DNA of 64,000 nt from the human T2T-CHM13v2.0 reference genome, Homo sapiens. The stretch lies in NCBI RefSeq assembly GCF_009914755.1, contig NC_060926.1. The stretch is one strand, 5' to 3'. Positions 15,265 through 30,000 of this stretch are shown here, one piece after another. The position numbers were made by a program, and so were the translations under genes. The notes under the pieces were generated by a model. The model was given only the letters and a program-made list of their open reading frames with translations, did no database searches and had not been told where the DNA came from. Each line of letters starts with the position of its first letter. Position 1 is the first letter of the stretch.

Positions 15265-17597
15265 CGATACGGTTTGGCTCTGTGTCCCCACCAAAATCTC
15301 ATCTTGTAGCTCCCATAATTCCCACGGGTTGTGGGAGGGATGCAGTGGGAGAAAATTGAATCATGGGGTCGGGTCTTTCCTGTGCTGTTCTCATGACAGT
15401 GAATAAGTCTCACGAGATCTGATGGTTTTAAAAAGGGGAGTTTCCCTGCACAAGCACTCTTCTCTTGTCTGCCATCCATGTGAGAGGTGCCTTTCACCTC
15501 TTGCCATGATTGTGAGGCCTCCCCAGCCACGTGGAACTGTAAGTCCAATAAACCTCTTTATTTTGTAAATTGTCCAGTCTCGTGTATGTCTTTATCGGCA
15601 GGGTGAAAATGGACTAATACAGTAAATTGGTACCAGTAGAGTGGGGCACTGCAGAAAAGATACCCGAAAAGGTGGAAGCAACTTTGGAACTGGGTACCAG
15701 GCAGAGGTTGGAACAGTTTGGAGGGCTCAGAAGAAGACAGGAAAATGTGGGAAAGTTTGCAACTTCCTAGAGACTTATCGAATGACTTTGACCAAAATGC
15801 TGATAATGATATGGGCAATGAAATCCAGGCTGAGGTGGTCTCAGATGGAGATGAGGAACTTGTTGGGAACTACAGCAAAGGTGACTCTTGCTATGAGTCA
15901 CCTTTTTGGCAAAGAGACTGACGGCATTTTACCCCTGCCCTAGAGATTTGTGGAACCTTGAATTTTGAGAGAGATGATTTAGGGTATCTGGTGGAAGAAA
16001 TTTCTAAGCAGCAAAGTGTTTGAGATTTGACTTGGGTGCTCTTAAAAGCCTTCAGTTTTATTCATTTACCAAGATATGGTTTAGAATTGAAACTTATGTT
16101 TAAAAGGGAAGCAGAGCATAAAAGTTCAGAAAATTTGCAGCCTGACAATGTGATAGAAAAGAAAACCCCATTTTCTGAGGAGAAATTCAAGCCGGCTGCA
16201 GAAATTTGCATAAGTAATGAGGAGCCAAATGTTAATCCCCAAGACAATGGGGATAATGTCTCCAGGTATGTCAGAGGCCTTTCAAGCAGCCCCTCCTATC
16301 ACAGGCCCAGAGGCCTAGGAGGAAAAAATGGTTTCATGGGCAGGGGCCAGCATCCCCCTGCTGAATGCAGGCAAGGGACTTGGTGTCCTGCATCCCAGCT
16401 GCTCCAGCCCTGACTGGAAGGGGCCAAAGTACAGCTCAGGCTGTGTCTCCAGAGGGTGCAAGCCCCAAGCCTTGGCAGCTTCCACGTGGTGTTGAGCCTG
16501 AGAGTGCACAGAAGTCATGAATTTGGGTTTGGGAACCTCCACCTAGATTTCAGAGGATGTATGGAAATGCCTGGATGTCCAGGCAGAAGTTTGTTGAAGG
16601 GGCAGGGGTCTCATGGAGAACCTCTGCTAGAGCAATGTAGAAGGGAAATGTGAGGTGGGAGCCCCCTCACAGAGTCCCTACTGGAGCACAACCTAGTGGA
16701 GCTGTGAGAAAAGGGCCACCATCCTCCAGACTGTAGAAGGGTAGATCTACTGACAGCTTGCACTGTGTTCCTGGAAAAGCCACAGACACTCTATATCAGC
16801 CCATGAATACAGCCAGGAGGGAGGCTGTTCTCTGCTGAGCCACAAGGGTAGAGCTGTCCAAGACCAAGGGAACCCACCTCTTGCATCAGTGTGACCCGGA
16901 TGCAAGACATGGAGTCAAAGGAGATCATTCTGGAGCTTTATGATTTGACTGCTCTGCTGGATCTCGGACTTGCATGGGGCTTGCAGCCCCTTTGTTTTGG
17001 CCGATTTCTCCCATTTAGAATGGCTGTATTTACCCAATGCCTGTTCCCCCTTTGTTATCTAGGAAGTAACTGACTTGCTTTTGAATTTACAGGATCATAG
17101 GTGGAAGGGATTTGCCTTGTCTCAGATGAGACATTGGAATGTGGACTTTTGAGTTAATGCTGAAATGAGTTAAGACTTTGGGGGACTGTTGGGAAGGTTT
17201 TGAAATGTGAAGACATGAGATTTGGGAGGGGCGGGGAGTGGAATGATACTGTTTGGCTCTGTGTCTTCACTGAAATCTCATCTTGCAGCTCCCATAATTC
17301 TCATTTCTTGTGGATGAGACCTGCTGGGAGATGACTGAATCATGTGGTTGGGTCTTTCATGTGCTGTTCTCATGATCGTGAATAAGTCTCAGGAGATCCG
17401 ATGGTTTTTAAAAGGGGAGTTTCCCTGACCATGCACTCTTCTCTTGTCTGCCACCATGTGAGATGTGCCTTTCACCTTTTGCCATGATCGTGAAGCCTCC
17501 CCAGCAACATGGAACTGCAAGTCCAATATACCTTTCTTTTGTACATTGCCCAGTCTCAGGTATGTCTTTATCAGCAACATGAAAACAGAATAATAAA
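15265..17597 (+). mobile_element. Full-length THE1 (ERVL-MaLR) provirus: LTR 15265-15621, internal 15622-17243, LTR 17244-17597
   Basis: Both LTRs start (T/C)GATAC-GTTTGGCTCTGTGTC. The 5' LTR ends GACTAATACA and is followed by PBS-like TGGTACCAGTAGAGTGGGG. A purine tract GGGAGGGGCGGGGAGTGGAA precedes the 3' LTR. Imperfect 5-bp TSD ACCCC/ACTCC. ORF relics MWESLQLPRDL and EEKFKPAAEICISNEEPNVN are typical THE1-int. Confidence 0.95.
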
Positions 17598-18034
17598 CTC
17601 CCATACTAAATAGAAGCTTTACAAAGACAGTGACTGGGTCTAATTTTACTCTCCAAATTTCCCCAATTATTAGCAAAAAGTTTGGCATGTGGTAGGCATT
17701 TGATAAATTTTGTTGGAAGAGTCAATCAACCTATAAATCTAAAACTTGAAACACAATACACACTGTCTTAGAGTAACATATGGAAATGGGTAAGAATATC
17801 TTCTGGATTTTTTTTAGATTACTGTATATGCAAAGTGGCACACAGACCATGCTGATATGTCTAAGCAATAACTCCAAGAGAACTAACTGCAGTTCTACTC
17901 CCAGATTGCATATCTAGATGCTAATGGCTTCCTTGGGCTGATTTCTAGAAGAAAGGCTGCATGTGTAGATTTCATTATTACAAATAAGGATAGGCAGATT
18001 TTACAGAAAAATATGTTTATTATCATAAAATTGC

Positions 18035-18198
18035 CAAAACAAATTCATTAATTAAGAATAGACAAATTTATATATATATAATATACACATCTATGAAATT
18101 TGTATTAATCCCCAAATAAATTCATTAATTTAGAATAGACAAATTCATATATGTATTATATACACATATATACACACATCTATGAAATTTGTATTAAT
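18035..18198. repeat. ~80-bp tandem duplication with internal TA/CA microsatellite
   Basis: AAATTCATTAATTWAGAATAGACAAATT-(TA/CA)n-CATCTATGAAATTTGTATTAAT occurs at ~18041 and ~18118. Confidence 0.9.
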
Positions 18199-18509
18199 AT
18201 TCATTACAATATCCTTTAAAGTATACATTTCCCACATATTGGAAGTTAAGACTTTCTGCACATTAAGTTGTATATACAGCACATTTAAGATGGATAGTCA
18301 AAGGTTGCAATGATGGTAAGTTTTTATTTAGAGATCACATTTCAAAAGATGTACCTGTATATAAATAAAATGGTGTTATAGATAGAATTTTAAAGTATAA
18401 GAACTTCTTTCAATTTTTTAAAATATAAGAGCCTATATGGTAACAACTGTATTTTTAGTGGCTATAGAAGTTTATATAATTATAGTTTATATCACATGGT
18501 AACATGACT

Positions 18510-18700
18510 TATGTCACTGAATCTTCACAACAACACTACATTGTAGGTAAACCTTTACGTCAGTCAAAATATGAGGAGACTGAGGCTTAGATAGTTTAAG
18601 TATTTAACCCAAGGTAACCCAGTAAATTATACATAGAAGAGATGTTACTATCTCTAGTTTATATTCAAGAAAAACAAGATTCAGAGATATTGAGTTGTCT
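18510..18700. mobile_element. MIR SINE; similar MIR cores near 19270-19420, 21020-21110, 26400-26590, 30690-30860, 33200-33460 and 55920-56170
   Basis: MIR core ATGAGGAGACTGAGGCTTAGATAGTTTAAGTATTTAACCCAAGGT. Confidence 0.7.
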
Positions 18701-21409
18701 GAGATCAAATGTATAATAAGTACTGAGACACAACAAAGACCTGAAAAACAGCTATTGTTTGAAGTTCCATAGTCTTTCCTCCAATTAAGCAACCTCTGTG
18801 GAAAACAGTGTAATTTTCTGTCATGCATTTAATTTTTATTCACAGGCTTTATTTGTATGCTCTTGCATTTGTAATTGCATATAGTTGTGCTATATACATA
18901 TGCATATATTTCACTTATGGATATATGTATATATATGTGTGTTTGTATACATGTAAATGTATTTACATGAATGTCCTAGAACTGTATGAAACATCCAATG
19001 CTTAATCAAAGTCTTATTCATAATTTGGCTGAAAAATGTCATAATTTATATGTTTTTGGACACATGTAAAGGCAATATATTTAGAAATGTAGCATATTGA
19101 TAATTTTAATGAATTTAGAAAACCCACAAAGCCCATAAGTTTGATAATACCCTTAACAACAATTAAAAATGGGGAAAAACAGGTCTGGATACATGTCCAT
19201 AAATGAGTAGTATGTATTCAGCTTCACTGTGTTCCAAGCTCACAGCAAGGACAAGCAATATAGGCCTTGATCTCACTTAGTCCTCACAAATATCGCATGA
19301 GTATGGTATGAGATAAGATTTTATTTTTTCTGGTGAAGAGTCTATGGATTAGAGAGATTGAGTTACTTGACTAAGTTTACCTAGGTTGTAAGTGCTGAGA
19401 CACAGACTGAAATTAGTCATAGCCGACCAATAAATTCCATTATATATGGGATTTTCAACATACATCTGTCTTCTCAATACTTCATCATGTGTGAAAATGG
19501 ATTATATATACAAAATGTTCACATATATTAAAATATAAGTTTGCAGCAGTAGCATGCCTATGAGCATATACATTTATATATTATACTAAAGACCCATATA
19601 TATATGCTATATATACACATTGCATTTTGTGTGTTTGCATGTGTGTGAAAGGGTATCTATGTGCATATGTGTTTTTGTATACACACACACACATATATTG
19701 CACCATGAGTATAACCGGGTATCTATGCCTATACATTCCAAAGATGTATTTATAATGAAAAGTAGAGACAAAAAAAATAAGATCACTTATTGAAAATGTC
19801 ATCAACTGCCTGGAATGGAATGAAAGAAATACATCAATCCTCCTAACCTTAAAGGCAAGCAGAAAGTAGAGCTGCTCTTTTCAAATCGATGAAATTAACA
19901 AAAGCAATTGAACGTGGCAAAGAGAAGATGTCAGGTAAGAATCAGCATATGTGAGAACAGAAGACTGAATAACTTAGAGAAAGACATCAATGTCTCTGCT
20001 GCTAGTGATGACCTCACTCTCCATGAAGCTATAAAACATGGCAGCGGTTGTCCCTGTGACAGGAAATGCCAGGACTTCAAAGCTTCAGCCCTGGTTATGT
20101 GAAACAGGGCAGGAACTATTTGTCCTAAATACTAAACCTTTTAATTTTAAAAGTTTTGAAATATTTAAGCTAGAAATACTTCCAACACTGGATGATGTTT
20201 AAATGGTTATAAAGAAAAAAAGAAGAGTGTGTGCCTAATTTTTAATTCATAAGAAAATTATTAAATCACTAGCATTTCAAAGAACCCATTTTCAATTACC
20301 CAGAGAGAGATTGCCTACAGAAAATGTTCAATTCCAGGCTGGCGTCTCCAACCTACCCAGACCACTGCCTCCCTTCCACCTTCACCTGTGTCCTCAGGGA
20401 ATAAGGAACTTCAATATCAGCAGAAGTAAAACATAATGGCCACATTTACAGAATAATTTCCACTGATATTTTTATTCCAAGGCAGAAGGAAAAGAGTACA
20501 CTTGTGCCAGCAAGTATATCTGGCACACTGTGGATTTCTGCTGCTCCTGCGGTCAATTGCAGTTTTTTTCCGAGATCCAGCTAAAGGTTTCCTCTGTAGT
20601 CCTCCTTTTCAGCTTTCTCCCGCCCTCAGGGCCTGCAACCACCTACTCCCATGCCAGCTTTTCCACTTGTTTCATTAGTTACATCATCTTGCCTCTGTCT
20701 ACCTTAACACTAGCATGTGACAAGTACTGAATGAATGAATGTCATAGGTTTCCATGGGCAGCAAATAGCAGCACTATGCAAAAGATTCTTCAATCCTTGT
20801 GCCCAAATGGAGCTACTAATAGAGGGCAATGGGATAAGGAAGATGGGGGAGGAAAGAAATATTTATGGAATGCTTACATTTTGCCAAAGTTCATGTTTTT
20901 GAAAACAATAATGTATCAATAGCCACTTGATATGTAATTATGTTAAAACATGTGGGATCTATTTTAGTATTATCATTTTGTAATTGAGGTAACTGATGTT
21001 CATTTACTTTTGACAAGATACTTCTGAGATAAGGTGTTTTTATCTCTATGCAAAAAAAACTTGTCTTGAAGAGGTTAAACTACTTTACCAAGGTCACCCA
21101 TCTAGGAAGTGATGAGCACAGTAAGCTATAAGACCACTGGAAAACTAGCTAAAAATTAGTATGCCTTAACCAAATCTGGGGGATCTGGGAAGTAAAGATG
21201 TGTGGAAAATGGTAAAAGAGAAAATCATCCAGCGTAAAAGTAGGTTGTTTTTTGTTTTCATTTAAATGAGGGTGGTAATGAATAGATGGAGGAAAAGTAA
21301 ATTGAGTAGCAACATAAATAGGGGGCTCCATTAGTGATAACAGGTGAAAATAGATGGGTTCAGATTCTGGGACTGAAACCCCAGAAACAAAGATGGTAAA
21401 GAACATACA

Positions 21410-22163
<754 letters not shown>

Positions 22164-25100
22164 GAGGTTTGGTATCTTTTAACTAAATACTTATTATTCT
22201 TTAAAATTTGTAATTGTCTGGCTTATAGTCTTTCATTTAGTAAGCCCTCATAGATACTTTTATATGTATGAATGAATCTGAGTGAAAGCAAACATGGGGA
22301 TAACAACTGCAAGGTTGAGCAATATGCACCAGAAGGATATTCTAGAAGAGCAGCCGTACATAGCTTCAGGAGTTTCGGGAGTTAGCAACAGGTGAAGTCA
22401 AAACCAGGCAGGCAGGTGTTTTATATTACAGAACTGAAAGTAGGAGATCAGGCAGGGGAGTTTCAATCAAACCTAAATCTGTAGAAGACCTAGGAGTTCA
22501 AAGCAGCCCCCAGCTGTAGAAGGGTTGGGAGCTGCTCAAAAGGATACACACGGCAAGAGAGAGGCTCCAATAAGGACTCAGTTACGCAGTTATGCGAGCA
22601 AAGATCCAAAGCACAGAATTGCTCCTTTGGAACAAGTGAGGATCCCAGGTGTGAGACCCGAGGAGATGACTGACTTAGTTACTCTTCTCAGCCTTATATT
22701 CAGGAGTTTTTCAAAACACCCTGCCAGAGACTAGAGAATTCCTGCTAAACCTACAAGAATGGGGAAAGCGGAAAAATGATGAGAATAGAAATTACTAATG
22801 GGTTGGCAAAAATATGGCTCCAGCCTCAAATTCTAAGGGGGGAAGGGATAAGTTGCAAAGTCGATAATTAGTGTTTTCAGATAAATGTGCTGGGGAAAAA
22901 GCATTCTAAATTCAAACGCAAATGGGTTTAGCATTGGCATTTTCTACTGCTTTGCATTATCTGTGAACTCTGTCTCTTTGCTGGAGCAGAAGATGGGAAA
23001 TTTCACATTTTTGGAGCCAGACAATGGCATGTGACAGACCCATGGATTACTTAACGTTATAGCTGCCATTGCTACCACCACTGCTACTATGCTGCCTCTT
23101 CTCCCTCTGCAGGGACAACTCTTGGTGTGTGGCCATCTAAAACAATTTAGCCCTGCCGTTTTCTCCGTATTTTGCATATTCTCTTATGTTCTTCCTGGCA
23201 ATTATTCAAATTGAGTGCCTATTTAAGCTTTAGAGATGCAAAAATTTGGGAATACTTTGGCAGTTGTGCTCTTTACTTTCAATCCATGTCTTTGTGTTAT
23301 CAAAAGATGCATATTGTGTTCTTGTTAAGAGAACAGAAAAGTGGTCTTTAGGGCTTGGATTCATGGAATAGAATATAGATATTGTTACTATACAAATGGG
23401 TATATGTTTTTTCTTTCATATTAAAATGCTATTTATAGAGATACCTAGCTTTGATGTCTAATCAGACACAGATGTTTTCTAAAGTCTGTTTGAATTCTAA
23501 TTGTTGAAATACACTTCAAACATATTAATTAACAAGTTAATTCTATTCTATTAGATATAAAATTACTAGTACCTACAATGAATAGTATGTTGAATGATTA
23601 GGGAAAACAGGAATGGTTTCTGGCTGTGGAAGAGAAACTGGAGGTTTGTTTATTTTCCCTATCAAGTACGTGATTTATTATGCACTAACCAGGAATATAA
23701 TTAATAGATTCTGGTGTCACCTTATTATTCTAAGAGTTGACTTTTTCAGTATTAATTTAAAAAATACACTGTTGGTCTGTTATACAAAATGAGCTTATAC
23801 TTTTGAACACTTTGTTAGACTATATTTAGAGGTATAAATGTGTTGTGCATAAACCCCTCTAAATAGTGTGACAAGGATCTCCTATGCCTTTAAATTTTAC
23901 TTCATTTTATCATTATTCTGGGTAAAATACAGGGGTCTCAGAAGCTAAGTTGTGGTTAAATTTGCCTCATCTTTTCTGATTTCCATCCTCCTGCCTTTTT
24001 AGGGACCTTGTTCATCAATCACGCTTCTTGTCTCCTGGAACTTCCACCCATTCCTTTTGTCTTTCTTCTTCCCATCACTTTTATTTTAAAGGAAAACAAT
24101 AATCTCTAGATAAAGTATCCTCCTTTAGCTACACTGTGTCTCCTCTCCTTCCCAAGGAAGCAGCCTGAAATCATATTTTTTGTTGCAACTGATTCCTCCT
24201 CATTTTTCATACACAGCTCCACCAACTATAAACTGGAATAGCCCAACCTTTACAAGTGGCATCCTAATTATTGAACCTAGCAATCACTTTTCAATCTATT
24301 TGTCTCTGGCCCTTTAAGCTTGCTTCAATAACACTCTGTTTCCAGGTCCCATGAGTATTTTCCCTTGTTCTCATGACTCTAAATTGAATTTTCATATACT
24401 CTACTGACCTGCCCAGACTTGATGATCTTTCTCATTCTCCTCTTGGCATTTGGAACTTCTGTGTTTTCTGTCGTCCTTAACAGTATCTCCCCTTTTGTCT
24501 TGAGGATCTTGGGCATCTTCCTGCATGCTGGAATCCCTCAAGCTGTGGAGACTCTTCTTAAATTTGGTCACCCGGAAATAGCCCCAGAAATGGGAGGACT
24601 GGTTCATTTCAATTCTATTTTCTGCCATGTCTGACATCATTGACTACTACCACCATGAAACCATCTTCTGCCTTAGTTTCTATGATACACACCTCTCCTG
24701 GTTCTCTTCTGATTTTCTAGTTGCTCATTCTTTGCCTTTCCCGTGTGTTGCTTCTCCTCTGTCCCTCCCTGAAATGTCTATTCCCCAGACGTTTCTTTTC
24801 AACCCTCTCTCATTCAGTCATTACACATTCTACCTGGGCAATTTCATCCACATGCATACTCACTTTGTATAAAGAAATCCTACTATCATATAACTAACTC
24901 TCAAGGCCGGACTCTTGAACTCTGGCTCTGTTTTCCAATTGTTTAACTCTTCCAAACACACACACACACACACACAAATCACAGTATGTTGAAGTGTTCT
25001 CCACAAACATTCCTCTTTTGTATGTGTATCTGCATGTTATAGTGTGTTAATCTCTCTCTCTCTCTCTCTGTCTCTGTCCTTTCTCCCTAGAAGCTTTGTC

Positions 25101-25916
25101 TTTTCCTTTGACAAGGTTAACTCATATCTCATATGTGTCTCTCAACATCAATTTAAGCATATTTTCTCACCACCCTAGACTGACTTAGGTTCCTATCCTC
25201 TACATTTCCTAACAAATTGTAAAACATCTTGAGGTTGCAAATGTGTCTTTATCATGTCTGTATCCTCATTTACAAGAATAAAGAAAGACAAGGATAGAAA
25301 GCGAGAGGTGCGGACTTGGGATTCAGTCATACAAATGGAAGTGGATGTGAATGAAGTTTTCTAGACAGAATATATAAGGACTGATGAAAGCAACAGAATT
25401 GTACATGAGCATGATAATATGTTAGGTTTGCAGAATACATTATTGAACTTTGTATGTGGTACCAGTGAGCTTTGGATTTAAGACAGAAAACATTTGATGC
25501 TGACAAACTAGTAAACAAAACAACAGATAAAAGAGAAGCAGGAAAATACTTGCTCAATGAGTAACATAAGTCAAAAAAGTAAGAGCAGCCCAAGAGGCTT
25601 TTAGAGATTACTACTCTGGTTTCACACTGACAAAATAAGCAGGAGAATTTGAGGAAGTATTTAAACATCAACAACAAAAAAGAACTGGGTAAAATATTGG
25701 AGAGGAGGTGTAATGCCAAGAATAGGATGGTGCTTATGGAAATTGGAGTAGGATAATCAGATAAAGAATAAATGTGCTCAAGTAGATGTGCCAGAGGCAT
25801 GTGGGACGAGGATTAAGACTGGAAGAATCAAATGTCTGAATAAGAAAGAAAAGATATTGCCAGTGGCATATTTCCCTTTTATCTTTAATGTTTAGACTCA
25901 GAATGAGTTATGAGGA

Positions 25917-26278
25917 TGTATCAGTATCCTATTGCTGCTGTAACAACTTACCACAAACTTAGTGGCTTAAAACAACACAAATTTATAATCTTACATTTCT
26001 GAGAGAAAAAACTCCTTAAATCCAGATCTCCACAGGACTGTGATCCTTGTGGTGCCCCTAGGAGATAATCAGTTTCCTTGCCTTTTCCAGCTTCTTGATG
26101 CCTCCTGCAATCCTTGGCTTATGTTTGCTAGCAAAGTAGCAATCACACTATTTCACCATATTTATCTTAATCACATCTGCAAAGTTCCTTCAGCCATGCA
26201 AGTATTAATTGTATATTCACAGGTTCTGGGGATGATAATGTATATATCTTTGGGAAGGGTATGATTCTGTCTACCACA
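25917..26278. mobile_element. MLT1-family solo LTR
   Basis: TGTATCAGTATCCTATTGCTGCTGTAACAACTTACCACAAACTTAGTGGCTTAAAACAACAC...TCTGTCTACCACA. Confidence 0.8.
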
Positions 26279-28046
26279 GAGAGTCAAAAGGTAATAAAAA
26301 TTAGACAAATATCTACATTTCATTAATTCATTCATTTAGCATTGGAGAGACTCTTGTACATTTAAAACCCATCCTTTATAAGAAGAGGTTCATGCTAAGA
26401 TTTTCACACTCATAATCATACTTGAGTCTTAACCCTGTGAAAGAGAGAAAAGATATATCCATTTTATAGATGTTCACACATGTGTATAAGAATTTAGTGA
26501 CTTACCCAAAGTTGCACGGCTAGTGAATACCAGATCTAAAACAAAGCCATGTGTTCTAACTACAAATCAAGTGTTCTTTCTATAACTATAAAACATTTCC
26601 TTGTGATTATAAAAGACATAAAAAAAAAGATTGGATTCACCAGAAGTTTGACAGCAGAAAGAAATGAAAAGGTAATTTTGATATTAATCCATCATTATAT
26701 CTTTCCTAAATACATTCTTCATGTTGAATGAAAGTGAAAAAGTTGAACACGTTTCCATTTGTTTCAAATCTTGTATTTAAGGCAGATGCTCAGAGTGGTC
26801 TAGGAAGCAGAGGACGTAGAAACCGCTACAGTCTTGGTTTACTGCTTGTCTCTCCCCTTCAGGTTTGAAAATACACATTACAAGGTAGCAAGCACAAATG
26901 CCCAGAGGGTCAAGCAGGGTCTCTAAATGAGATAAGCAGATTGGATATTAGAACGCAAGCTCAATCATAAATAGTAGCTAATATTCATCTTCCAGAACAG
27001 AGAACAAAGTGGGGTGGCAAGCCTGTGGCAAACTTGAGTGTGCTTAGCTGATCACAAGGGGATGGCTTTTTCTCAGCACTAGGTGCAATATTGTTTTTTG
27101 TAGAATGTGGACACAGTGTTGGCAGATAATCATCTTTTTTAAAAGGGATAAGCCAGAAATTAAAATTTTTATATTGAACCACCCAGATTTTAATGGTTAG
27201 TATTTTAAATCGTTTCAAGACACTAAACGGCCAGAGAAAACATATATGAAGACCAGAGTCCACAGTGTTGCAAATTTATAATTTCTAGCATAAGAATATT
27301 GATTGTACTAGACTTATTCATCCAAAAAAGCATTGAAATAAAAGAATGAGGAGGCATTGACAGGTAGCCAATGAGAGGTTGAGAATGATTTATTGTTTAC
27401 ACTGTCCTTTCAACATTCCAAAATATGACATCTGCTCCTTCAATATCCTTTTTAAAATTTATTGGTGGCAATTTTGATGCCATCAATAATTATTATTATT
27501 TCAAAAGAAAGCAAACAAATGGAAAGAAAACAGAGTGAGGAATAGATGCAGTAATAAGACAAATATTCTTCTTTGATTTTTTTTTCTAAAAACTACACTC
27601 ACACAAAAAAGTCAAAATCACCAAAAACAAACAAACAACACGTTTTACTCTTCAAGATGTGATGGGAGAATCTGGACAATCTATCCTTCAGTATAGTGGG
27701 AGGATATTCTAACATTCCAACACAAGAGCTACATCATTTTTAAGAGATGACAGCAAAATAGAAGAAAAATCAAATGAATCCTGTGTCCTGTAAGCCAAGC
27801 TAAGAGGATATGTAGGATTAAGTGAGGATCCTCTCTGCCAAAAGCTGCTGGGCAGTCAGGGCAGATCAGGGTGGAGAGAGGTCCAGCAGCTCTGGCGCCA
27901 GTGAAAGCTTGGATGGCCTTGGCAACGGCAAGTTGCTACTGTGCAGCAGAGGAAGCTGGGATCCTGATAAGAATTTACTTACTAGGCTGGACGGAGGGAC
28001 AATGGTTCCAGTGAGGGCTAGTTGGCAACAGATGGAGGAAGACCAT

Positions 28047-28392
28047 TGTAGTAGTCCATTCTCACGCTGCTACAAAGAACTGCTCAAGACTGGGTATTTG
28101 CAAAGAAAAGAGGTTTAATTGACTCACAGTTCAGCATGGCTGGGTAGGCCTCAGGAAACATACAGTCATGGTGGAAGGGGAAGCAAACACAGCCTTCTTC
28201 ACATGACGGCAGAAAGAAGTGCCAAGCAAAAGGGGGAAAATTCCCTATAAAACTATCAGATCTCCTGAGAACTCATTCACTATCACGAGAACAGCATGGA
28301 GGTAACCACCCCACCGGGTCCCTCTCATGACACACGGGGATTATGGGAACTACAAGATGAGATTTGGGTGGTGACACTGCCAAACCATATCA
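28047..28392 (-). mobile_element. THE1-family solo LTR
   Basis: TGTAGTAGTCCATTCTCACGCTGCT...GAGATTTGGGTGGTGACACTGCCAAACCATATCA, flanked by imperfect 5-bp TSD ACCAT (28042-28046) / ATCAT (28393-28397). Confidence 0.9.
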
Positions 28393-29009
28393 ATCATTTC
28401 CTGTTTTGTAACTTCTGACAGTGTAGACAGAAATGAGTGAAGAGTGCAGTGGCTGTAATGGTGGAAACTCACTTTGAGTGTGTTGGTCTTCTTGGTGAGG
28501 AAGGCCACACTGAGTGGTCAAAGGCTTGGATGTTCGTGGGGCTGGGGTAGTCTCCACAAGCCAGAATTTTCAGTGGTAGAAGTTGTGTCGGCCAAGAAGT
28601 GCTTCCACCATGGTTTGGAATTTGTATAATAGTGCCCATTCCTCCTATTTTGATATAATTTAAATAACTTTCATAGAAAATCAATGTAATCCCATCATCA
28701 AGAGATAATCACCGCTATTTACAGAATATATATATAAAATATATATTGTATACATACATACTGTAAATCATATTAATATACTATGTAGTTTTATTTGAAA
28801 TGTGTAATATATATGTAGTTTTATTTATATAAAACATCTTCTATAAGTATATATAAATATAACTTTCATATATTTTTCATATATATCTTATATATTACCT
28901 ATTATATATTGTATACATATATAATATATAAATAAGTGAAAGCATTCTGAGATCTGCTGACATCTTAAATGACTTCTTTTTGGTTTGCACATATTGTTTC
29001 ACTCTTTCT

Positions 29010-30000
29010 GCTGTAAATTTATAGATTTGAGAAATGCACTATGTCATGTAACCACCATTGTAGTATCATGCAGAATATTTTCACTGTCTTAAGAAATCCA
29101 TTCTGCTTCAGCCATACACTAACTCCAACTTGAACTCCTGGAAATCACTGTTGGTTTATTATCTCTGTAGTTTTGTGTTGTCTTGAATGTCATACAAATG
29201 GAATAGCACAGTATATAACCTTTGCAGACTGGCTTCTTTCATTTAGCAGTATGTATTTTAAGATTCATCTATGTCTTTGTGTAGCTTGTTAGCTTATGAC
29301 TTTCACTTTTCATTGTTGAATGATATCCCATTGTATGAATATACTATAGTTTGTTTATTGATTTGCCTATTGAAAGACATCTTGGTCACTTTCAGTTTTT
29401 CTGATTATGAATAAAGTTACTATAAACATTTGCATGAAGGCATAAACATTTTGGGCAAACATAACCTTTCAAATCAGTTGGGGTGATACTGAGGAGCCTA
29501 ACAGTTAAATCATACGGTGAGACTACGTTTAACTTTGTAAGAAACTGCCCAGCTGCCTTCCAATGTGACTGTACTACTTTTGCATTCCCAACAGTAATGA
29601 ATGAGAGTTCCTGTTGCCCTGCACCTTCACCAGCAGTAACTATTGTCAGTATTTTGGATTTAATATGTATGTCGTGGCATCTCGTTGTTGTGTTAATTTG
29701 AATTCCCTAATGACATACGATGTTGAACATATTTTCATGTGCTTGTTTGCTATCTATTTATCTTCTTTGGTGAGATCTTTTGTTTCTTCAGCTCTTCTGT
29801 TCATTTTAAATTTTTTTTAATTGTTGAGTTTTAAGAGCTCTTTGCATAGTTGGGATACAAGGCATTTATCAGATATGTGTTTGGAATGTATTTTCTCCCA
29901 GTTTATGACTTGTTTTTTAATTCTTTTTTACTGGGTGTTTCACAAAGCAGGGTTTTTAATTTCAATAAAGCTCAACTTATCAATTTTTCACTGTCATGGA
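29010..30000 (-). mobile_element. L1MB/L1MC 3' fragment
   Basis: GACTGGCTTCTTTCATTTAGCA, TTTGCATTCCCAACAGTAATGAATGAGAGTTCCTGTTGC, GATGTTGAACATATTTTCATGTGCTTGTTTGCTATC. Confidence 0.85.

Noticed and set aside
15258-17688. ORFs within THE1
   Set aside because: Fragmented MaLR internal and LTR translations broken by stops and frameshifts; not an intact gene.
25327-25800. 157-aa minus-strand ORF
   Set aside because: Leu/Ser/Phe-rich translation of an A/G-skewed, probably old LINE-derived stretch; no domain or exon structure.
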